60,456 nucleotides of DNA. Source: a virus. Its lineage: Duplodnaviria; Caudoviricetes. The position numbers and the translations under genes are program-made. The notes under the pieces are model-generated. The model was not told the origin of the DNA. It ran no database searches and was given only the letters and a program-made list of their open reading frames with translations. The stretch is taken from positions 1 through 60,456 of IMG/VR virus record IMGVR_UViG_3300037422_000673. One strand, given 5' to 3'. Below, one piece after another: positions 26,549 to 35,286 of this stretch. The first letter of the stretch is position 1; each line of letters starts with the position of its first letter.

Positions 26549-27169
26549 CTATCCTTCCACCGCTCTTGTGGGTCCGGCTCTTTCGGACTCGGGCGATGGG
26601 TCCTCACTGAGGTCGAGCACCCGCAACTCGTCGAGCAGCCCGACTCGCCCCAGCTTCATCCGGGCCGCCTTCTGAGCCTCGCGCTCGGCACGCGGCCGCT
26701 CTGGAAGACAGCGGCCGCCCGGGCCGGCTCCCTTCCACTCGACGCCGGCGGCCGGGGCAAGAGCCTGACGGTTGCCCCTGCCCTGGGCGCACTTCTTGGT
26801 GTCGCAGCTCGGGAAGTCGCCCCCCTGGCCACGAGACGCCCACTGGCTCTTGCGGCCTCCCTGGTCCATGCGTTGCGCGTCGGTGACCATCTGCCGCCTC
26901 ACGCACTCCCGCACCGACATCCGGCAGCCAAGGGTGATGCAGTTGAACACGTCGTCAGGCGATAGCCGCCAGGGCCGCGGCGGCAGGCCGTCGCCGTCCA
27001 CGACCCAGAGGGCGAGCTGCCCCGGCAACGCCGGCGGCGATCCCTCGCTGGCCGGCCGCAGTTCGTCGTGCAGCCCCTCCGCGACCCGCCGCAGGTGCCC
27101 GCCCGCGGAGATGCACGCCCGCACGAGCCCCCAGATCGCCCTCTCCGCTGACGCCGGAACCTTGAGCAT
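26549..27169 (-). CDS. Hypothetical 4-Cys putative zinc-binding protein
   Basis: GGAGG RBS; FxC..CxRRQ..PxC..CxxGR motif. Confidence 0.7.
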   Translation of the reverse strand: MLKVPASAERAIWGLVRACISAGGHLRRVAEGLHDELRPASEGSPPALPGQLALWVVDGDGLPPRPWRLSPDDVFNCITLGCRMSVRECVRRQMVTDAQRMDQGGRKSQWASRGQGGDFPSCDTKKCAQGRGNRQALAPAAGVEWKGAGPGGRCLPERPRAEREAQKAARMKLGRVGLLDELRVLDLSEDPSPESERAGPTRAVEG

Positions 27170-27187
27170 CGCCCCTCCGCCGCTCCC

Positions 27188-27676
27188 CTACCCGCCCACC
27201 ACGGCGAGCCCGAGACGCTCCTCGAGCGCCTTGCGCGCCGCGACCTCGAGCGCGAGCTCAGCCCGCGCCTGGGCCAGGTCGGCGCTCGCCTCGTCCCGCG
27301 CCACGGCGAGCCGCAGCGCCTCGGCCTCCCACGTCGCCTCGGTCTCGCCCCTCAGGCGCTGCTCCTGCCCCAGCGCCGCGGAGAGCCGAGCCACGTCGGC
27401 GCGCGCAGCCGCCAGCTCCACCTCCAGGTCCGCGCGCTCCTGCGCCGCCTGCTCGCTGTAGGCGAGCGCGTCGAGCAGCTCCTCGCGCAGGTCGCGGTGC
27501 GCGTCGCGGCCGTTCCAGGTCTCGAGCGGCCTCCCGTACCGCCTCACGCCGGTAGCGCGACGCTCGAGCAGCTGCGCCGGCACCGATCGGACCAGGGAGA
27601 GGATGACGTCGCCCCTTCCCTCGGTGGGGAGCTGCTGGTCGCCCTCGCGGGCTGCACGCTCGGGGGTCGCGCTCAC
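27188..27676 (-). CDS. MazG-like all-alpha NTP pyrophosphatase domain plus coiled coil
   Basis: 'ERRATGVRRYGRPLETWNGRD...EELLDALAY'. Confidence 0.6.
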   Translation of the reverse strand: MSATPERAAREGDQQLPTEGRGDVILSLVRSVPAQLLERRATGVRRYGRPLETWNGRDAHRDLREELLDALAYSEQAAQERADLEVELAAARADVARLSAALGQEQRLRGETEATWEAEALRLAVARDEASADLAQARAELALEVAARKALEERLGLAVVGG

Positions 27677-28536
27677 GCCGCCTGGTCCTCGGCCCGGGCG
27701 ACACCGAGCATCGCCTCGAGGCGCGCGGCGCGGTCGAGCTTCTCGCGCTGCTCGCGCGCGGCCTCCTCGCGGAGCCGGGTGGCGCGCGCCTGCAGCTCCT
27801 GCACGGCGGACTCGAGGTACTCGTCCGGCAGCTCGGCGACGGGCGGGAGCCCCTTCACGGCGACGCTCGTCGACTGCGCGCGGGCCTGGCTGCGCGCCGC
27901 CACCTCGGCGAGCGAGCGCGGCCCCTTCGCCTGCTTCGGGGGCGCGGGCGCGGCGCCGGCCTTCGGCTTCGACCCGCCCGCCTTCTCGCACCCCGCCCTG
28001 TGCGCTCCCCCCAGGCTCCCGCAACACTCCAGCGGCTTCCGCTTCAGCATCTCGTCCTCCTCGGTGGTGGCCTGCGCGGCCTGGGCCGGCGTCGCCGGCG
28101 TCTCGTGCTTCGTCTCGCGGCGCCGGGCGTCGCCGCTCAGCGTCCAGTTCGGCGGCATCGCCCTCTCCGGCGCGCCGGTGCCCGGCGGGCCGCCGATGGG
28201 CACCTCAGGCACCTCGCCCGACCAGATGCGCCCGGGCCGCGCCTGCTCCTCGGCCCCGGCGCGCGGCGTCGCGGCGGCGGCCGCGCCATCGACGCGCGCC
28301 CGGTTCGCCCGCCCGAGCTCGCACTCGGTCGCGCAGAACGGGTGCACCGGGCCCGCGTCCCTGTTCTCCGTCTTGGCCCGGATCCCGTGCTCCGGCCTCG
28401 CCTTCCGGAGCACCACCACCTCGGTGCGCCGCTCATCCTGGCGGCGCAGGCAGGCTCGGAGCGGCATCCCCTCCGGGAAGAGGTTCACGAACCGCTCGCA
28501 GTCGAACAGCTCCTGGAGGACGTCGTCCCGGGTCAC
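27673..28536 (-). CDS. Hypothetical Cys-rich protein, N-domain paralogous to 26549-27169
   Basis: GTGA coupling; same Cys motif; second 'CCGSLGGAHRAGC' motif. Confidence 0.7.
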   Translation of the reverse strand: MTRDDVLQELFDCERFVNLFPEGMPLRACLRRQDERRTEVVVLRKARPEHGIRAKTENRDAGPVHPFCATECELGRANRARVDGAAAAATPRAGAEEQARPGRIWSGEVPEVPIGGPPGTGAPERAMPPNWTLSGDARRRETKHETPATPAQAAQATTEEDEMLKRKPLECCGSLGGAHRAGCEKAGGSKPKAGAAPAPPKQAKGPRSLAEVAARSQARAQSTSVAVKGLPPVAELPDEYLESAVQELQARATRLREEAAREQREKLDRAARLEAMLGVARAEDQAA

Positions 28537-29003
28537 GGCGAAGCGACTCCCTCCGGCAGCAGGCTGCCGCACACGCAGCCGCAGGACGGGCACCGGGGTG
28601 CGTCCGCACCCGCCACCGCGACGGACGTGCTCGGGCGCGCCCGGTCCGCGTCGGCCTTCTCGACCACCAGTCGACGGACCCGGGTGTCGTTCACGATCAG
28701 CCCCGCGCCCCGGAGCGACCGCGTGCCGCTCGCCACGGAGTCGATAACCAGCTTGAGTGGTCCGTCCGCGTCGCTCCCCATCGTCGGGAACACGAACCGG
28801 ACGCCGACGACGGCGCCACCCTCGACCGCAGCGGGCGCGCCCGCGCGCCGGTGCGCGGCCCTGGCGGCAGCGATGAGCCGCGACTTGTAGGCCATGGCCT
28901 CCGGCGTGAGCATCGAGATCGAGCGCCCGCGACGGACGGCGTGCCGGTACGCCTGGTTCGTGCTCACCGGCTTGCCCGGGACCTCGAAGCGGATGACGGT
29001 CAC
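28533..29003 (-). CDS. rusA: RusA-like Holliday junction resolvase
   Basis: 'FEVPGKPVSTNQAYR', 'DADGPLKLVIDS', 'IVNDTRV'. Confidence 0.75.
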   Translation of the reverse strand: MTVIRFEVPGKPVSTNQAYRHAVRRGRSISMLTPEAMAYKSRLIAAARAAHRRAGAPAAVEGGAVVGVRFVFPTMGSDADGPLKLVIDSVASGTRSLRGAGLIVNDTRVRRLVVEKADADRARPSTSVAVAGADAPRCPSCGCVCGSLLPEGVASP

Positions 29004-29140
29004 GGCGCCCTCGCGATCGTGCCGCCGGCGACGAGCCGCTCCGGACGCCGTATCGGCGCCTCGGGCCACGGTTCCCGCGTCGCCGTCTTGTCCCATGGCG
29101 TCCAGCCCACCCACGCGAGCAGCATCCGGAGCAGCCTCAT
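29000..29140 (-). CDS. 46-aa hypothetical peptide (absent from the ORF track)
   Basis: MRLLRMLLAWVGWTPW...; ATGA and GTGA overlaps at both ends. Confidence 0.55.
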   Translation of the reverse strand: MRLLRMLLAWVGWTPWDKTATREPWPEAPIRRPERLVAGGTIARAP

Positions 29141-30396
29141 GCACCACCTCCCGCCGCCAGCTGCGGCGTGTCGTACCGGACGCGCGCCCCGTGGACGGCG
29201 TGCACGAGCTGCTCGACCACCTCGCCGAGGCGGACGCCGAGGTAGTGCGCCCCGTCGCCCTGCAGGACGAGCACCGTCCCGTCCCAGGTGCCCCGGACCC
29301 CGCCGACCTGGCGCAGCGCCTGGGCGGCCTGCGTCCCGAGCAGCTCCGGCGCCCGCTCGAGCGCGGCGGCCCAGGGGTCCGCGGGCGCGGCCGAGGCCGG
29401 CATCGAGCGCAGGATCGGCAGCAGGTACGCCACCGACCCCGGCAGCGGGCCGCCCGACCGGGCGCGCTCGCGCACGGTGCGGACCGTCCAGGCCACCGCC
29501 GGCTCGACCCCGCCGGTGAGCAGCCGCTCGATTTCGTCCCGGACCGCCTCGCGGCCGCGCGCGGCGAGCGCCAGGCTCACCCCGAGATCCTGCTCGACCC
29601 GGGCCCGGTACTCGGCTCCCAGCGGCCCGAGCTCGACGCGATCGACCACGAGCACGGGACGCTGGGGCGCCTCGTCGGCCTGCTCCCTCGCGGGAGCTTC
29701 GCCGCGGCGTGCGCGCGGGGCGCGCGCCTCCGCCGGCTGACGCGGGCCCGGCGCCGCGTCGGGGTCGGTCCCGGAGACCACCGCCGCCGGAGCGGAGGGG
29801 GGGGGACCGTCCGGCGTGCCGGCGGCCTCCGGGACCGAGTCGGGCTGCTCGTCCTCGCGCGCGCTCGCGCGCTCACGGGCAGCAGCAGCAGAACCGAGAG
29901 AGCAAGAAAGCAAGAAGCTAGACGGGCTTGGCGCCTCCCGGGGCGCACCGCCATCAGCCCCATGGTCGCCCAGGGGCGCGCCCGAGGTCGCGCCTGGGTC
30001 GCCCCCTGGGTTCGCCTTGGGCGCGCCCTCGGCTCCCCCGGGGGCGTAGCCGACCGCGGCATCAACGCGCCCCGCCTCGTCCGGGAGCGTCGAGGGTGAC
30101 TCCCTAGGATGGGGCTTCTGGTACTTATCGAAGTTGACGATCTGCAGCACGCGCTGACCACCAGCCTCGTACCGGCGCACGAGCCCGCGCGCGGCGAGCT
30201 CCGCGACCATCGACTCGCCGTCGCCGTCGTCGTACGGAAGGATCTCCGCCTTCAGCCGGCGAGGGCGGTCCTCGAGGCGCCCGCGGCGGTCCGCCCAGCA
30301 CCACAGGCCGGCGAACAGAAGCCGCGCGAGAGGGCCGCACTCCCCGAGATCCTCGTTCCTGAAGAAGCCCGGCGTGATCGTCCGCTGCCTTGCCAT
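29137..30396 (-). CDS. Phage replication initiator
   Basis: 'MARQRTITPGFF..EDL..LARLLFAGLWCWADRRGRLEDRPRRLKAEILPYD', 'NFDKYQKPH'. Confidence 0.85.
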   Translation of the reverse strand: MARQRTITPGFFRNEDLGECGPLARLLFAGLWCWADRRGRLEDRPRRLKAEILPYDDGDGESMVAELAARGLVRRYEAGGQRVLQIVNFDKYQKPHPRESPSTLPDEAGRVDAAVGYAPGGAEGAPKANPGGDPGATSGAPLGDHGADGGAPREAPSPSSFLLSCSLGSAAAARERASAREDEQPDSVPEAAGTPDGPPPSAPAAVVSGTDPDAAPGPRQPAEARAPRARRGEAPAREQADEAPQRPVLVVDRVELGPLGAEYRARVEQDLGVSLALAARGREAVRDEIERLLTGGVEPAVAWTVRTVRERARSGGPLPGSVAYLLPILRSMPASAAPADPWAAALERAPELLGTQAAQALRQVGGVRGTWDGTVLVLQGDGAHYLGVRLGEVVEQLVHAVHGARVRYDTPQLAAGGGA

Positions 30397-30411
30397 CCGG
30401 CTCGACTCCCT

Positions 30412-31155
30412 TCACCTGGTGAACTGCGGCCACCGCCAGCGCTTGCAGCGCCGACACCTCGGGTCCTTCCCTGGCCCGGCGTGCTCGTAGACCTCGGCCG
30501 CCGGACCGCTGTTACCGCACGCAGGACACTCGACCGAGTACGCGGGCGGCGCAGACGGCTCAGGGGCCGGCTCCGCGGGCGGATCCCACCTGACCGATTC
30601 GTCGGGAGCCTGGACCGATCCGGACGCGTCCTCGCGCCAGTTGCGCAGGATGCCGTGCAGGTACTTCAGGGGCCTCGCGCCGCCGTAACCGGCCCAGCGG
30701 GCCGCGACGATGTCGATGGCCTCGCACAGCTTCGCGACGCCCCACTCTTCGATCATCCGCGGGAGACGCGACGGAAGGTCCCTCGGGATCGAACCGACGC
30801 GCTCCTCCCAGTACGCGAGCACCTCGTCCGCGACCGAGCTCTTCGCCTTGACCAGGACGCGCTGCGCCTCCAGGTAGCCCTTGATCTGCTCGGCGTGCTC
30901 GATGATCTGCTCAGGCTCCAGCTTGCTCGGGAAGGCGCGCTGGTCGAGCGGCACGTCGCTCTTCCCGAGGTTGCAGTCCTGGCACGCCGTGACGAGGTTC
31001 CCGGGCTCCGTCGGCCCTCCGCGCGAGTCCGGGTCCACGTGGTCGACGTGGAGCGGGCTCTCCATCGGCGTCCGTCCGCAGTAGACGCACTTGAAGCCGT
31101 CCCGCTTGAAGATCTCGAACCGCGTTCTGGTGCTGATCGATGCGCGCTTGCCCAC
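30412..31155 (-). CDS. HNH endonuclease with C-terminal extension
   Basis: 'RFEIFKRDGFKCVYCG..LHVDHV...GG....NLVTACQDCNLGK'. Confidence 0.9.
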   Translation of the reverse strand: MGKRASISTRTRFEIFKRDGFKCVYCGRTPMESPLHVDHVDPDSRGGPTEPGNLVTACQDCNLGKSDVPLDQRAFPSKLEPEQIIEHAEQIKGYLEAQRVLVKAKSSVADEVLAYWEERVGSIPRDLPSRLPRMIEEWGVAKLCEAIDIVAARWAGYGGARPLKYLHGILRNWREDASGSVQAPDESVRWDPPAEPAPEPSAPPAYSVECPACGNSGPAAEVYEHAGPGKDPRCRRCKRWRWPQFTR

Positions 31156-31251
31156 GCTCTACCCCCCCCTGGTGGTGGTTTCAGCCTGAGCCAGTAGACC
31201 ACCCGACTGCGTCATCCCCCGGGCCGGCGTCTCCGGCTTCGCCCGCGCCAT

Positions 31252-31764
31252 CTACCCAGCCCTCCCCTCGCCGTGGAGCGTCGGCAGAAGGTCTCCCGGC
31301 AGGTAGAGCGGGTGCCGCGGGTGCCCCGCGCCGGTCAGGCTGCCGAGCCGGTAGACGCTCCGGTACCGCCGGAGCAGCCCGAGCACGTGAGCCGCCCGCT
31401 CGTCATCGGCGTTCGAGCCCCACCCCGCCACGACGCCGTACGTCGCGTCCTCGGCGATCCGGACCAGGTACTCGTCGTTCAGCGGGCCGACTGGGTCCGC
31501 GACCGCGCGCAGGCCGGCCGGGTCCGTCGACCGCAGCGCGTACAGGTTCCCCACCTCGAACGCGCCGCAGCCCCATCGCTGCGCGAACCCCAGGCAGCGG
31601 CGCAGGGTCGGGTCGAGCACGCGCTCGTCGGCCGTCGAGGGATTCAGCATCACGAACGCGACGCGCGGCAGGTCGAGGTCCCAGACGCGCCAGAGGCGGT
31701 ACCGGTAGCAGGCGCCCTCGCCGCCGAACGTCGCGCCCTGGTCGATGTACGTCGGCTCGGGCAT
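31252..31764 (-). CDS. DUF1643 family protein
   Basis: 'YRYRLWRVWD', 'MLNPSTAD', 'NLYALRSTDP', 'PRHPLY'. Confidence 0.9.
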   Translation of the reverse strand: MPEPTYIDQGATFGGEGACYRYRLWRVWDLDLPRVAFVMLNPSTADERVLDPTLRRCLGFAQRWGCGAFEVGNLYALRSTDPAGLRAVADPVGPLNDEYLVRIAEDATYGVVAGWGSNADDERAAHVLGLLRRYRSVYRLGSLTGAGHPRHPLYLPGDLLPTLHGEGRAG

Positions 31765-32582
31765 CACGCCTCCGCCTCGGTGCGCGCGGCGTCGCTGGGC
31801 ACGTCGGCGAGCTGCTCGTCGAGCACACGCGCGATCTCGTGCGCCCGTCGCCGCCAGCCCTCCATCGACGCCTGGACGTTCAAGAGGCCGCCGTCGGCGA
31901 CGAACTTCACCGCCTTGCCGATGCGCCCCGACTCCCACCGCGCGCCGATCGACACGCCCGAGGCCTTCTCGAACTCGCCCACGCGCGTTCGCAGGTCATC
32001 GAGCGCGTTCTCCAGGTGCCGCGTCCGCGACTGCACGGCCTGCTCGAGCCGCTCCTCCGCGAGGCGTCCCGCCTGCTCGACCTGGCGCTGGCGCTCGGCG
32101 TCGAGTTCGGCCTTCGGCACGACGCACTCCGCGGCCTTCCGCAGGATGGCGGCGAGCTGGGCCCGGTCTAGCGGCTTCGCGTCGAGCTTGTCCGGCTCCT
32201 TCACCACGACGAGCTTCCCGCCGCGGGGCACGAGCAACCCCCAGGTCGTCGGAACCTCGCCGGGCTGGACGATGTCCTCGCGCCCGACGACGAGCCACCA
32301 CCGGTCGCAGAACCGGGCGATCTCCTCGGCCTTCTCCGGGTAATCCTTCTCGTGGAGCCAGTCGGCCCGGGAGCTCTTCAGCTCGAAGCCGTGGAGGTCC
32401 AGGCCGCGGCTTGGCCAGAGGCTCATCGCGAGCGCGTCGGCCGTCCGCGTGGTCCTGCGCGTGTAGCCGGTCCCGTTCCGCACGTGCGGCATGAAGGCGT
32501 ACTCGGGCGCGGCGAACCGGTCGCGCAGCAGCACGATGAGCTCGGCCTCGGTGAGCGGCTTCTCCGGCCTCGCGCGCGCCAC
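31764..32582 (-). CDS. MmcB-like PD-(D/E)XK nuclease
   Basis: 'TADALAMSLWPSRG..LHGFELKSSRADW..E...P.K..FCDRWW'. Confidence 0.75.
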   Translation of the reverse strand: MARARPEKPLTEAELIVLLRDRFAAPEYAFMPHVRNGTGYTRRTTRTADALAMSLWPSRGLDLHGFELKSSRADWLHEKDYPEKAEEIARFCDRWWLVVGREDIVQPGEVPTTWGLLVPRGGKLVVVKEPDKLDAKPLDRAQLAAILRKAAECVVPKAELDAERQRQVEQAGRLAEERLEQAVQSRTRHLENALDDLRTRVGEFEKASGVSIGARWESGRIGKAVKFVADGGLLNVQASMEGWRRRAHEIARVLDEQLADVPSDAARTEAEA

Positions 32583-32957
32583 CTACCCGGCCCTCCCTGG
32601 TAGCGGGAGCACCGACACCGCCTTGCCACCGAGCTTCGCGGGCACCGCCGGCGAGCGCGTGACGACGAGGAGCGCCACCACGCGCTTGCTCCGAGCGTAC
32701 CGCTCGAGCTGGGCCGCATCGACCTCGAGGCGCACCGCCACCGCGAACCCCTCGATGAGGAAGTCCACCGGCGCGGCATCGACCGCGAGCGCCACGCCGC
32801 GGTCGAACCGCACCCCCCGCTGGTAGAGCACGTGCGCGATCTCGTCCGCCAGGCGGGACTCCGTGGTTGACGTGTACCGGAACGTGCCGAGGACCTGGCG
32901 CAGCCGCTCCAAGGTCATCGGCGCCGGGGCCGCCTTCGTCTTCGCCTCGCGCGCCAT
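32583..32957 (-). CDS. Hypothetical protein, degenerate PD-(D/E)XK-like
   Basis: 'E..L.DEIAHVL', 'VDFLIEG', 'QLERYA'. Confidence 0.6.
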   Translation of the reverse strand: MAREAKTKAAPAPMTLERLRQVLGTFRYTSTTESRLADEIAHVLYQRGVRFDRGVALAVDAAPVDFLIEGFAVAVRLEVDAAQLERYARSKRVVALLVVTRSPAVPAKLGGKAVSVLPLPGRAG

Positions 32958-33377
32958 CTACGCGCCCTCCCCGATGAAGAGGCCGAGCTTCGGACGGGGC
33001 GCGGCCGGCGGCGGCGGGCGCTCGAGACGGGCCTTGGAACCGACCTGGGCGCCGGGTGCCGTGCTGCTCCCGGAGGCCTCGCTGCGGTCGGTCAAGGGCC
33101 CGGCTCCAACGCCCGGGGCCGCTGACGGCTTCGCTGCCTGCTGCGCCGCCCACTTCTCGCGGATCCGCTCCGCCTCCTCCGCCGTGTCCCGCACAGCGCG
33201 AGCTCGCGCGAGGACGTCGAGGATCTCCTCGGCCGAGCCCGGCGGCGGGTAGCGGCGCCCCGCGCCGCCGCACGAGGCCCGCACCCACGCGCCCGAAGGC
33301 GAGCGCAGGATCTCCGTGCCCACGGGGTACGTGGCCCCGCAGCCGCAGGCGCACCGGCCAGGATGCTGCGCCCTCAT
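32958..33377 (-). CDS. Hypothetical protein with N-terminal Cys motif
   Basis: 'GRCACGCG..YPVG'; coupled to neighbours. Confidence 0.65.
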   Translation of the reverse strand: MRAQHPGRCACGCGATYPVGTEILRSPSGAWVRASCGGAGRRYPPPGSAEEILDVLARARAVRDTAEEAERIREKWAAQQAAKPSAAPGVGAGPLTDRSEASGSSTAPGAQVGSKARLERPPPPAAPRPKLGLFIGEGA

Positions 33378-34138
33378 GCGGCCCTCCCCGCGCCCGCGCC
33401 CGCGCCCGGGAGCTGATCGCCCCACGCCCGCCACCCAGGCCGGCCCGACGTGCGCGCGAACATTTCCAAGTACGGGCCGGGCGCGACCCGCTCCACCTTC
33501 GCGAGGAACTCGACCGGCTTCGTCGAGTGGACCTCGCCCGTGCCGCCCTTACGCCGCGCCGCGAAGAACACGCTCCGCTCGTCGTGCACCAGAAACTTCG
33601 CCCGGCCGCGCCGGCAGATGAGGACCAGCTCGTGGGCGGTCCGGACGTAGTGCCCGCCGCCGAAGGCGAGCCGGCCGCCCTGGTCTTCGCCCTTGGTCAC
33701 GCGCAGGCCGTCCCTGATGAGCTTCCGCATCGGCCGCGCCGCGTCGGCGAAGCGCTCGTCGTCGGCGAAGGTGAGCAGGTGGTGCACGTCCTGGAGGAGC
33801 GCGCGCAGGTCCGCCTTCGGCGGCGTCCGCTTCACCCACGTCCACGCCCGCTTCGGCACGAAGCCCCACGAGCGCGCCAGCGCGCCGGCCGAACCGTCGA
33901 GGAGGTGCGAGTCGGTGGTCCACAGGAACAGGAACGAGTCCCGCGCGGCGATGTCTCCCACGGGCAGATCGACCGAGCGCGCCGCCTCCAGGGTCTCGTA
34001 CCCGCGCGCGCGAGCGAGCTTCTCCCCCTGGTCCGGAGCCAGGCGGGAGCCCTTGTCGCGGAACCGCCATGGCCAGTCGCACGTGATGGCGCCGAAGCCG
34101 CCGGGGACGGTCGGGAGCGGTGGGAAGGTCGGGATCAC
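33374..34138 (-). CDS. MT-A70 family adenine methyltransferase
   Basis: 'DWPWRF', 'LFLWTT', 'WGF....WTWVK', 'GHYVRTAHE', 'HSTKP', 'LEMFAR..RPGW.AWG'. Confidence 0.9.
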   Translation of the reverse strand: MIPTFPPLPTVPGGFGAITCDWPWRFRDKGSRLAPDQGEKLARARGYETLEAARSVDLPVGDIAARDSFLFLWTTDSHLLDGSAGALARSWGFVPKRAWTWVKRTPPKADLRALLQDVHHLLTFADDERFADAARPMRKLIRDGLRVTKGEDQGGRLAFGGGHYVRTAHELVLICRRGRAKFLVHDERSVFFAARRKGGTGEVHSTKPVEFLAKVERVAPGPYLEMFARTSGRPGWRAWGDQLPGAGAGAGRAA

Positions 34139-34575
34139 GCCGCGTCCTCCATCGGCAGCGCGCCGGCGATCCGCTCGTAGAGCGCGCGGTCCAGCGCCTC
34201 GAGCTCCTGCACCTCCGCGCGCAGCCGCTTCACCCGCTCCGAGGCCGCGAGCTTCCGGTCCTGGTCGTCCGCCACGAGGAAGACCCCGACGCCCGAGAGC
34301 CCGACGATCGCCACCTTGTCCACGCGCCGCAGGTCCGACGCGGCCTCCTGCAGTCGCCGCACGTGGTTCACCTCGACGCCCTCCGCGGCGAGCTCGTCGA
34401 CGAGTTGCTCCCACGTCGCAGCGTGGTCGCGGCCGACGTGACGCCCCTCCACCACCCGGCGCAGCGCCGCCTTCACGCGCTCCTCGACGGGGCGCACGCG
34501 GACCGGGCGCCCAGCCTTCGGCGGGCGGAGGTCCAGGAGCCCCTGAGCGGGCGCGCTGGCGGCGCGGGCGGTCAC
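34135..34575 (-). CDS. Winged-helix-like hypothetical protein
   Basis: 'HVGRDHAAT..QL', 'RRLQEAASDLR', 'GVFL'. Confidence 0.6.
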   Translation of the reverse strand: MTARAASAPAQGLLDLRPPKAGRPVRVRPVEERVKAALRRVVEGRHVGRDHAATWEQLVDELAAEGVEVNHVRRLQEAASDLRRVDKVAIVGLSGVGVFLVADDQDRKLAASERVKRLRAEVQELEALDRALYERIAGALPMEDAA

Positions 34576-34751
34576 GCGCGCGCGGCTCCGTGCGCCCGCG
34601 CCAGGTGGCGCGTCGGGTCCGTGACCATCGAGCCGCAGAGCGGGCACGGCCGCGCCCAGCACAGCCCGTCCGCGGCCGGGAAGAGGCGCAGCCACTCCAC
34701 GAGCTCCGCCTGGCGGTCCTCGGGCGTGGGGGTGGCCAGGAAGCGGTTCAT
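34572..34751 (-). CDS. Small C2H2-type zinc-finger protein
   Basis: 'CPLCG......RHLARAH'. Confidence 0.6.
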   Translation of the reverse strand: MNRFLATPTPEDRQAELVEWLRLFPAADGLCWARPCPLCGSMVTDPTRHLARAHGAARA

Positions 34752-35053
34752 GCGTCCCAGACCTCCGCCAGGCCCTCGTCCTCGGTGCTCGGGCGCTGCT
34801 CGCCGGACGCCGCCCACCACGCGTCCGCGTGCCGGCGCGCCTCCGCCGCGGCGAGCGGGTCGTCCTGCCGGACCTCGCAGTGCGCGGCGAGCCGGCAGCT
34901 CGCGCACGTGCTCCGCGGGACACCGCAGGCGGAAGGGTTCACGCCGCTGGGCCCCACCAGGTCTGACCGCGAGCAGAACCCCTGCGCGGCGGTCCGGTAC
35001 ACCCGGGCCGTCTCGTCGAGTGAGAGCGCCTGGCCGAAGACGAGCGCCGGCAT
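34748..35053 (-). CDS. Hypothetical Cys-rich protein
   Basis: GGAGG RBS; 'CASCRLAAHC'. Confidence 0.6.
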   Translation of the reverse strand: MPALVFGQALSLDETARVYRTAAQGFCSRSDLVGPSGVNPSACGVPRSTCASCRLAAHCEVRQDDPLAAAEARRHADAWWAASGEQRPSTEDEGLAEVWDA

Positions 35054-35055
35054 GG

Positions 35056-35286
35056 CTACGCCGCCTCCACGGGCGCGACCGGCGTGGGCGACGCCGGCGC
35101 TGCGACCTCGGGCGCCTTCCAGCACCCGCACGTGTCCGACTCCCGCGTCTCCGGCCAGACCCCGCGGCCGAGCCGGCCGATCGACGGCGCCCGGCGGTGG
35201 CAGTAGCCCACGGAGGCGCCGCTCGCGCGCTTCCAGAACCGACAGCCCGCGCACGTCTGCTCGACCACCACCTCGAGCGCGCTCAT
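35056..35286 (-). CDS. Small 4-Cys metal-binding protein
   Basis: 'TCAGCRFW..GYCHRRAP..WP.T...DTCG.W'. Confidence 0.7.
   Translation of the reverse strand: MSALEVVVEQTCAGCRFWKRASGASVGYCHRRAPSIGRLGRGVWPETRESDTCGCWKAPEVAAPASPTPVAPVEAA

Noticed and set aside
31156-31251. 30-codon ORF ending in a G8 tract, in frame with the HNH gene across a TAG
   Set aside because: The G-run is adequately explained as an RBS; no evidence for phase variation or readthrough
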